From an uncultured Rhodospirillaceae bacterium (GTDB taxonomy: Bacteria > Pseudomonadota > Alphaproteobacteria > Micavibrionales > UBA2020), in NCBI GenBank assembly GCA_964476835.1, contig CAYZCE010000002.1, positions 2,532 to 66,531 on the forward strand: a stretch of 64,000 nucleotides of DNA, in the 5' to 3' direction. Shown piece by piece: positions 40,461 to 47,753 of the stretch; within the stretch, counting starts at the first letter, position 1, and each line of letters starts with the position of its first letter. A program made the translations under genes and the position numbers. Below the pieces are notes generated by a model. That model worked only from the letters and a program-made list of their open reading frames with translations, was not told the DNA's origin and made no database searches.

Positions 40461-43400
40461 ATGAAGGTCCGCGCAACGTCCCTTCCCGGGAAAGGGAGGC
40501 AAGACACGCCCGCACACCCGCCCTTGCGGGCACGGTTTCCCGTTGTCGGGATCGGCGCCTCGGCGGGCGGACTGGAAGCCGTCGGCGCGCTGCTCGAGAA
40601 CCTTCCCGCCGATACCGGCATGGCTTTCATCTTCGTCCAGCACCTCGCCCCCGGGCACACAAGCCTGCTGACCGAACTGCTCTCCGGCAAGACGTCCATG
40701 CCGGTGGTGGAGGCCGCGCAGGGCCTTGCGGTCGAGCCGAACCATATCTACGTCATCCCGCCCAATACCAGCCTCACGGTCGCGCAGGGCTGCCTCGCGC
40801 TGACGCCACGCAACGACGCGCGCGGACTTCCCATGCCGGTCGACGACCTGTTCCATTCCCTCGCCGAAGACCAAGGTGCGCAGGCCATCGGCGTGTCGCT
40901 GTCCGGCAGCGGCACCGACGGTGCGCTCGGCATGCAGGCCATCAAGAACGGCGGCGGCATCACCTTCGCGCAGGATGACATGTCCGCCCAGTACGGCAGC
41001 ATGCCGCGCGCCGCGGTCGAACTGGGCTGCGTCGATTTCGTGCTGCAGCCCCCCGCAATCGCCGCGGAACTCGCGCGCATCGGCCGCCTTCCGCCGCAAG
41101 GCGAGCATCCCGCCGACGCCGACGAGGCGCAACTGGGGCGGATATTCCAGCTTCTGCGCGGCAGCTGCAATCTCGACTTTTCGCACTACAAGCGGGGCAC
41201 CATCCAACGGCGGCTGGCGCGGCGGATGACATTGAAGAACATCGACGGCCTGGCCGTCTATGTCGCCCTCCTCGAGGCCGATCCCGCGGAGCAAAAGCTT
41301 TTGTGCCAGGACTTCCTGATCCACGTGACCAGCTTCTTCCGCGACCCGGAGAGTTTCGACAACCTCGTCAAATACGTCTTCCCGCGCATCATCGACGCGC
41401 ATGCGCCCGGCGGCGCATTGCGGATCTGGGTGCCGGGCTGCTCGACCGGGGAGGAAGTCTACTCCCTCGCCATCTGCTGCCTCGAGTACATGGAAGAGCG
41501 CGGCGTCAAGATGCAGGTCCAGATTTTCGGTACCGACGCCAGCGAGCCCACGTTGCAAACCGCACGCACCGGAATCTACGTCGAGAACATCGCGCGCCAC
41601 GTCTCGCCCGCGCGGTTGGAAAAATTCTTCGTCAAGACCGGCGACCGTTACCAGGTCGCCAAGGCCGTGCGCGATCTCTGCGTTTTTGCGCGCCACGACG
41701 TGACCAGTGACCCGCCATTCTCGCAGCTAAACATGATCAGCTGCCGCAACCTCCTCATCTACCTCGACCCGGTGCTGCAAAAGCGCGTGATCCCGCTGTT
41801 TCACTACGCGCTGAAGCCCGACGGCGTCCTGATCCTCGGCCCCGCCGAGAATATCGCCGGGTTCGCCGACATCTTCTCGCCCGCCGGCAACCAGAAGATC
41901 AAGCTCTATACCCGCAACGTCCTCTCCAAGCAGTCGCAGTTGAAATATATGGCGAACTATGCCGGAAAATCCGCCGCGACGGCTCCGCATCCCGCGCGCG
42001 CGCCCGGCCTTTCCCCGAAAAAATATACCGAGGACGAACAAAGGAAGCGCGAAGCCAACCGCATCACGCTCAGCCGCTATGTGCCGGCGGCCGTGCTGTG
42101 CGACAAGAACCTTAACGTGCTGGAATTCCGCGGCGACACCGGCCTTTACCTGACGCAGCCTTCCGGCCCGCCCGAGGTCAACCTTCAACGGCTCGCCCGG
42201 CCCGGCCTGCTCGTCGAAATCGGCAAGGCGACGCAGCGCGCGGGGATTGAGGATGCGCCGGTGCGCAAACCCAACCTGTGGGTGGAAACGCCGGCGGGCC
42301 CGAAAGAAATAACGCTGGAAGTCATACCCGTGCGGCGCGCGGCGGCGGAAGAGCCATGGTTCCTGGTCTTCTTCGAAGACAAAGCCCCGTCGGCGCCGGT
42401 TCCGGCATCCAGTTTCTGGGCCAGCTTCGGGAGGCTGGTTCTCCATCGTGTCAGGCAGGGGTCCGCACCCGCGCCGGAAGGCGCCGTGCAGGCCGAACTG
42501 CTGCGGCTGAAACAAGAGCTCCACGATACGCATGAGCATATCCGCACGATAACGGAAGAATACGAGGTCGCGACAGGCGAGCTGCAGGCCTCGCAGGAAG
42601 AACTGCAATCCAGCAACGAGGAATTCCAGAGCACCAACGAAGAGCTGGAAACCGCCAAGGAAGAATTGCAGTCGGCCAACGAAGAACTCATCACCACCAA
42701 CGAGGAAATCGGCCACCGCAACAACGAGCTGAACACGCTGAATGGCAAGCTGAAACATGCGCTGTCCTACGCGGAATCCATCATCAACACGGTCAGCCAG
42801 CCCTTCCTGGTGCTCGACGGCGAGCTGCGCGTCCTCCGCGCCAACCCTGCCTTCTACAAGACGTTCCGCACGGCGCAGGAAGACACGTGCGGACGCCGCC
42901 TGTTCGACCTCGGCGACCGTCAGTGGGACATACCGGAGCTTCACCAACTGCTCCTGCAGGATACGCCATTCAAGGACTGCGAGATCACCCATACCTTTCC
43001 CGGCATCGGCACGAAGACGATGCGCCTGAATGGCGCGCGGCTGGCGTGGGACGGGCAGACACAGATCCTGCTCGCTATTGAGGATGTCTCCGACTATACC
43101 CGCGCGCTCGACGCGCTGAAGGAAAAGGACAAGCATAAAAACGAATTCCTGGCGATGCTGGCGCACGAGCTTCGCAACCCCCTCGCCCCCATGCGCAACG
43201 CGCTGGATATCTGGAATCGCGACGACGCGGGCGACAAGGAAAAGACAGAGGCCCGCAAGATCATGGACCGCCAGTTACAAAAGATGGTGCAACTGGTCGA
43301 CGACCTTCTCGACATGGCCCGCATCACGCGCGGCATGACCGTACTGCGGCAAGACGCCGTCGACATGGCGCAGGCGGTCGCGCACGCCACCGACAGCGCG

Positions 43401-44222
43401 CGCCCCTTTCTTGACGCACGCAGGCATATCGTCTCGCAATCACTTCCGCAGGAAAAACTATTCGTCGCGGGCGACGCCATGCGCCTTGAGCAGGTTGTCT
43501 CCAACTTGCTGATCAACGCCGCGAAATACACCGCGCCAGAAGGCCGGATCTCGGTGATGCTGGCACGCGAAGGCGACGACGCGGTGCTACGCGTCGCCGA
43601 TAATGGCGTGGGCATCATGCCGGAGCTCCTGCCGCATATCTTCGATCTTTTCGTGCAGGCGGAACGCACGCTCGACAGAAAGCAGGGTGGGCTCGGCGTC
43701 GGCCTGACGCTGGCGCGCCGCCTCGTCGAATTGCAAGGCGGCACCATCGAGGCGAAAAGCGCCGGACTGAAGCAAGGCAGCGAATTTATCGTGCGCCTGC
43801 CCGCGATGCCGTCTGCGACGCCCGGCATATCCACACCGATGGCTCCCGCGCAACTGAAGACCGTCGCACACAAGCGCATCCTCGTCGTCGACGACAACGC
43901 CGACGCTGCCCTCACCACCCAGACCTTGCTGGAACTGCAGGGGCACGAGGTTCAGGCGGCGTCCGACGGTGAGGCCGCCCTTGCGGCGGTGCAGACGTTC
44001 AGGCCGGAAGTCGTCATTCTCGACATCGGACTGCCGGGGATGGACGGTTATGAAATCGCGAAGCGCCTGCGCGCGATGCCGGAAACCGCACATGCCCTGT
44101 TGATCGCCCTCAGCGGCTACGGCCAGGCTGAGGACATCCGCAAGTCGAAGGAATCCGGCTTCGACCATCATTTGCTGAAGCCCGCCGAGACTGGCCGGAT
44201 CGAAGCTCTGATCTCCGCATAA
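40461..44222 (+). CDS. CheB methylesterase - CheR methyltransferase - PAS - coiled coil - PAS - HisKA/HATPase - receiver fusion protein
   Basis: 1253 aa. The CheB-like region has VVGIGASAGGLEA...FVQHL. The CheR-like region has TSFFRD...RIWVPGCSTGEEVYSLA...ISCRNLLIYL. The heptad coiled coil is EELQSSNEEFQSTNEELETAKEELQSANEEL. The H-box is AHELRNPLAPM, and a receiver sits at the C-terminus. Confidence 0.9.
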   Translation: MKVRATSLPGKGRQDTPAHPPLRARFPVVGIGASAGGLEAVGALLENLPADTGMAFIFVQHLAPGHTSLLTELLSGKTSMPVVEAAQGLAVEPNHIYVIPPNTSLTVAQGCLALTPRNDARGLPMPVDDLFHSLAEDQGAQAIGVSLSGSGTDGALGMQAIKNGGGITFAQDDMSAQYGSMPRAAVELGCVDFVLQPPAIAAELARIGRLPPQGEHPADADEAQLGRIFQLLRGSCNLDFSHYKRGTIQRRLARRMTLKNIDGLAVYVALLEADPAEQKLLCQDFLIHVTSFFRDPESFDNLVKYVFPRIIDAHAPGGALRIWVPGCSTGEEVYSLAICCLEYMEERGVKMQVQIFGTDASEPTLQTARTGIYVENIARHVSPARLEKFFVKTGDRYQVAKAVRDLCVFARHDVTSDPPFSQLNMISCRNLLIYLDPVLQKRVIPLFHYALKPDGVLILGPAENIAGFADIFSPAGNQKIKLYTRNVLSKQSQLKYMANYAGKSAATAPHPARAPGLSPKKYTEDEQRKREANRITLSRYVPAAVLCDKNLNVLEFRGDTGLYLTQPSGPPEVNLQRLARPGLLVEIGKATQRAGIEDAPVRKPNLWVETPAGPKEITLEVIPVRRAAAEEPWFLVFFEDKAPSAPVPASSFWASFGRLVLHRVRQGSAPAPEGAVQAELLRLKQELHDTHEHIRTITEEYEVATGELQASQEELQSSNEEFQSTNEELETAKEELQSANEELITTNEEIGHRNNELNTLNGKLKHALSYAESIINTVSQPFLVLDGELRVLRANPAFYKTFRTAQEDTCGRRLFDLGDRQWDIPELHQLLLQDTPFKDCEITHTFPGIGTKTMRLNGARLAWDGQTQILLAIEDVSDYTRALDALKEKDKHKNEFLAMLAHELRNPLAPMRNALDIWNRDDAGDKEKTEARKIMDRQLQKMVQLVDDLLDMARITRGMTVLRQDAVDMAQAVAHATDSARPFLDARRHIVSQSLPQEKLFVAGDAMRLEQVVSNLLINAAKYTAPEGRISVMLAREGDDAVLRVADNGVGIMPELLPHIFDLFVQAERTLDRKQGGLGVGLTLARRLVELQGGTIEAKSAGLKQGSEFIVRLPAMPSATPGISTPMAPAQLKTVAHKRILVVDDNADAALTTQTLLELQGHEVQAASDGEAALAAVQTFRPEVVILDIGLPGMDGYEIAKRLRAMPETAHALLIALSGYGQAEDIRKSKESGFDHHLLKPAETGRIEALISA

Positions 44223-44223
44223 C

Positions 44224-44249
44224 GGAACTCATCCCGCCGCGCGGCTGTT
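44224..44249 (+). promoter_or_regulatory. EcfG-like promoter motif GGAAC-N17-TGTT
   Basis: GGAAC lies at 44224-28 and TGTT at 44246-49. The motif is 36 nt upstream of the ATG at 44285. Confidence 0.3.
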
Positions 44250-44284
44250 AGACCGTGCGTAGCGCCGGCCAAGGAGCGTCCGCC

Positions 44285-44533
44285 ATGCGTAGAATAAAAA
44301 TCAAGGAGATGTTCCTGACCTTCACGTTCGTGGCCGCGATCCGGCAGGAGGTGCTGGAAAACTCAGACGGCGCTGTGACGGCCTCCGTCCGCGATCCTGA
44401 AATCGGCCTTGTCCGGTTTTCCACCGCGTCGAAAAACGACAAGGACGTGATGATCTCAACAAGAGACCACAAGAAAATATCCATGCAAAGATTCATGGAG
44501 GTATACGGCGCTATCTTCGACAGACGTCTATAA
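44285..44533 (+). CDS. Hypothetical 82-aa protein
   Basis: An internal ATG of ORF 44255.. is preceded by a strong AAGGAG SD 8 nt upstream and an EcfG-like motif. No family was recognised. It lies in the AT-rich patch. Confidence 0.4.
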   Translation: MRRIKIKEMFLTFTFVAAIRQEVLENSDGAVTASVRDPEIGLVRFSTASKNDKDVMISTRDHKKISMQRFMEVYGAIFDRRL

Positions 44534-45164
44534 AACAGGTGAAAAGATGGAGGATCATCGGCTGCGGGAATTTGGCACAGAGAAGGTTTGTCGCTAGAGT
44601 GCCTGCACAACCGCCTAGTCCGGTGTCTGGATGCTCTAGCATCTATTCGGATCGCTAACTTTTCTCCAAGTTAGGCAAAGCTGAAAGTATGATAACAAAA
44701 CGATATAAATGGTTGAAATATAGTCATGGGATGCTGTGACTCACCTTTAATCCATCGTAAAATGACAAAATAAAATTTCGCCCTTTCGAGGTTCGATTTC
44801 TAGGTTGGTCAACCATTCACCTTCCGAGTATCTCGGATCCCACTGAATCAACGCAAAAGCCCCGCATTTACGCGCGTTTTTCTGCGCTCGATTTTCGCCA
44901 CACCGCAAAGCTCGCACAAGTTTCCACCGTAAATGGCAATTTTGCTCGAGGGGGCTGTTTTCTAGTGTGGCGATCCCCCCGTTCATTGCCGCCTCACCGA
45001 AACCCACTGCCAAAAGACAAGGGCGAACCGGTTGAATCAAGTAGCCCTCCATGCAATGGAAGCAAGGTATACTAAGTAACTAGACCGGCTATCGAGACTC
45101 CACAGGCCTCAATGAAGACGAGAACTTCATCGCTGTCTGATTTCGTAATATTGTTTTTCTTATC

Positions 45165-45841
45165 GTGCTGGGCCTGCCGCTGGGGCTCGGCAAGGCCAAT
45201 CACCTCGTTAACGCGCTTGTCGGCAAGGCGATATCCGATCCGTCGATAAACTTGAAAATATTCACGGCGCTCACCCTTGAAAAGCCGCGGCCTGCAAGCG
45301 AGTTGGAGCGCCGGTTTCTGGAACCGGCTATGTCACGCCTTTTTGGCGACTACCCGGCGCTGGAATACGCGGGACATTTGTATGACGGGTCTCTCCCCGC
45401 CAACATTCAGGTGAATGAATTTTTCCTGACGGCGGGACAATGCTGGGGGTTGACCGGATGCAGCAGAACTATATCGCTGCCAATTACTCGCAAGCCCCTT
45501 CTTACTTGCTGGATCACGGCGTCAATGTCATTACGCAGCTCGTGGCGAAGAAGGGGACAGAATACAGCCTTAGCTGCAATCCCGACCTGACGGTGGACCT
45601 CCTGAAGGAGCGCAAAGAAGGGCGTGCGCGGTTTATCTTTGCCGTCCAGACCAACAGCGAACTCCCATTCATGGGCGGGGATGCCATTCTCGCGAAAGAC
45701 GAATGCGCATTTGTCCTCGACAGTCCGGAAACGGACTTCGATCTTTTCGCCGTGCCCAGAAAACCCGTCAGCCTTGCCGAGCATGCCATCGGGTTGCATG
45801 CGGCCCGAGCCGGCTTGCGTATCACGGAATTTTGCCGTTAA
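45165..45841 (+). pseudogene. Frameshifted, truncated fragment of an acetyl-CoA hydrolase/transferase-like gene
   Basis: Frame A (45165..~45438) reads LGLPLGLGKANHLVNAL...FTALTLEKPR..SELERRFLEP...FGDYPALEY. Frame B (~45460..45841) continues QQNYIAANYSQ...GVNVITQLVAKK...YSLSCNPDLTVDLL...AVQTNSELPFM...FAVPRKPVSLAEHAIGLHAA. The two frames are colinear with one protein family. The N-terminus and the whole C-terminal half are missing. Confidence 0.7.
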
Positions 45842-46049
45842 AGCCCGCCTCGCATCCGCTCCTGGGGAGCGCGCGGATTAACATTACTTTTCGCAAAGTC
45901 CAGCCATAGGCGTGGGATCGCCTACCGAAATACAGGCAAGCCTATGTTTTAAAGACATTTTCCATTTATTTCACAGATTCATATTGCATAAATAAAAGCC
46001 GGCCCATAGTATCAGGCAATTCAAATGTACAGCCCTGAAAGCGAAGCCC

Positions 46050-47675
46050 ATGGCCGGTGAGACCAACAAGCAATCGCGTGCGTTCCTCTATGCGAGCCTC
46101 GGCCCGCTGATCCTGCAGCAACTGGCGGCAGACGCGACTTGCGCGGACGTCTTCCCCGCGCCCGTGCTGGAGATCATCGCCGCGAAAAAGGCGCCGACGC
46201 CGGAAGAACTGAAGACGGCGGTCGAGGCCTTCCTCGACCGCGCCTGCCCGTCGCGCAAGGATTGCCTGCCGGTCGTCCGTTGGGTGTGTCGCCAATATCT
46301 CCAGCACCGTCACAACGGCAAGCCCGTGCTGGCAGAAGACCTTTCCAAGATCGGCGACAACATCCGGTATTTCGACGGCCTCAAGAATTCCGCCGCCTTC
46401 AGGGAAGCGAAGAACAAGACCGACCTCACGCAATATAAGACTTATGCCGAGTTCGAGGCGACGATCGACCCCTTCCTGAAACGCCAGCAACAAAAGCAGG
46501 CCGTCGCCGCCGCGTTCAACATGAAACCGGAAGAACGCGCCGCGATCATGGCGGAAACCACGGTGCTTTACGCCGGGCCGGAAGGCACCGTCGTCGTGGC
46601 GCACACGATACGCGCCAGCCAGCACTGGGGCAGCAACACGAAGTGGTGCCTCGCCGGCCAGAAAACCGCCGCCGGGGCCTTCCCGGGCTACAACAAGAGA
46701 TCGCCCGTCATCATGATCCTGCCTAAGGGCATGCCGGACAAGAAGGTCGCGCTGGTTGACCACAAGCTCTGGAACAGCGAAGACCACACGGTCGACGGCC
46801 TGCCGCAGGCGCATTACGGCCTGCTGCACGCCTGCCTCGGCACACTATCTCCCGGCGCGCGCGACGGGCTGGCGCCATGGCTGCCCGCGGCGGTGGAAAA
46901 AATCCTCGATGATGACAACGCGGCCGAGCCTGCTGAAGAAAATCCGCCCGCGAAAAAGCCCGGCATCAACATCATCACTGACCGCGACGAAGCGCTGGCC
47001 GCCATCCGCAAGAACGGCCGCGCCTTGATACGCCTGAGCACAAACCTGCGGGACCGCGAGATGTGCCTGATGGCGATCGCGCAGAGAGCTTCCGCATTTG
47101 ACGGCGTCGTGGCGCCGTTGCGCCAAGACCACGGTTTCATCCTCGAGGCCATGCAGGCGAACGGCGGCGCGCTGGAACATGTGCCCGACAGATTCCGCCG
47201 CGACCGCGATATCGTGACGGCGGCCGTGAAGCAAGACGGCCTTGCGCTCCAATACGCCTCGCAGGGGCAGCGCCAGCGGCGCGGCGTCGTGCGCGCGGCC
47301 GTGCTGCAAAACGCCAAGGCCTTCGAATACGCGACGCGCAAGCTGCGCCAAGACCCGGACTTCGTGCGCGGCCTGCTGGAAGATGGCGCGGGCGACCTCG
47401 CCTTCTGCATCCGCGACATGAAATACGTCCGCTACTCCGAACCCGGCGTCTGGCAGCCCGACGACGCAGAACTGCAAGGCTTCCAGATCAAGGCCCTGCA
47501 AAAAATGGTTGCGGCCGGCGACCGCCGGAAATTCGCCGCCTGCGCGCGGCATTTCAAGGCGGTCTGGGGCGACCCGGAAAAGCTGTTCGGCGGCGACATG
47601 GATGCGGCGATCCGCGCCATCATGGCCGAACCGGCGCCCGCACCGCGCCAGACGGGGCAAAAACCCGCCCTGTAA
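46050..47675 (+). CDS. Uncharacterised protein: unknown ~300-aa N-terminal domain + DUF4116-type repeats
   Basis: 541 aa. Residues ~311-445 carry about 4 repeats of the DUF4116 pattern (D.E..L.A...NG.AL.Y......D.). An example is DRDIVTAAVKQDGLALQYAS. The N-terminal domain was not recognised. Confidence 0.75.
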   Translation: MAGETNKQSRAFLYASLGPLILQQLAADATCADVFPAPVLEIIAAKKAPTPEELKTAVEAFLDRACPSRKDCLPVVRWVCRQYLQHRHNGKPVLAEDLSKIGDNIRYFDGLKNSAAFREAKNKTDLTQYKTYAEFEATIDPFLKRQQQKQAVAAAFNMKPEERAAIMAETTVLYAGPEGTVVVAHTIRASQHWGSNTKWCLAGQKTAAGAFPGYNKRSPVIMILPKGMPDKKVALVDHKLWNSEDHTVDGLPQAHYGLLHACLGTLSPGARDGLAPWLPAAVEKILDDDNAAEPAEENPPAKKPGINIITDRDEALAAIRKNGRALIRLSTNLRDREMCLMAIAQRASAFDGVVAPLRQDHGFILEAMQANGGALEHVPDRFRRDRDIVTAAVKQDGLALQYASQGQRQRRGVVRAAVLQNAKAFEYATRKLRQDPDFVRGLLEDGAGDLAFCIRDMKYVRYSEPGVWQPDDAELQGFQIKALQKMVAAGDRRKFAACARHFKAVWGDPEKLFGGDMDAAIRAIMAEPAPAPRQTGQKPAL

Positions 47676-47753
47676 AGGCAGCGCGGCGTTGACCGAGGGC
47701 CGGAATCATGGGCAAAATGCGGCCATATTTGTTTTAGATCGAAAGAAGACGCC

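Noticed and set aside
42579-42745. 21-nt periodic DNA repeat that could be taken for a tandem-repeat or CRISPR-like array.
   Set aside because: It is in frame inside the CheBR-kinase gene and encodes a heptad coiled coil (EELQS.NEE). The units are imperfect and have no spacers.
44747-45052. 101-aa minus-strand ORF in the AT-rich patch.
   Set aside because: It has no SD and no recognisable family. It overlaps the tRNA-like fragment and lies in visibly decayed DNA. At best it is another gene remnant.
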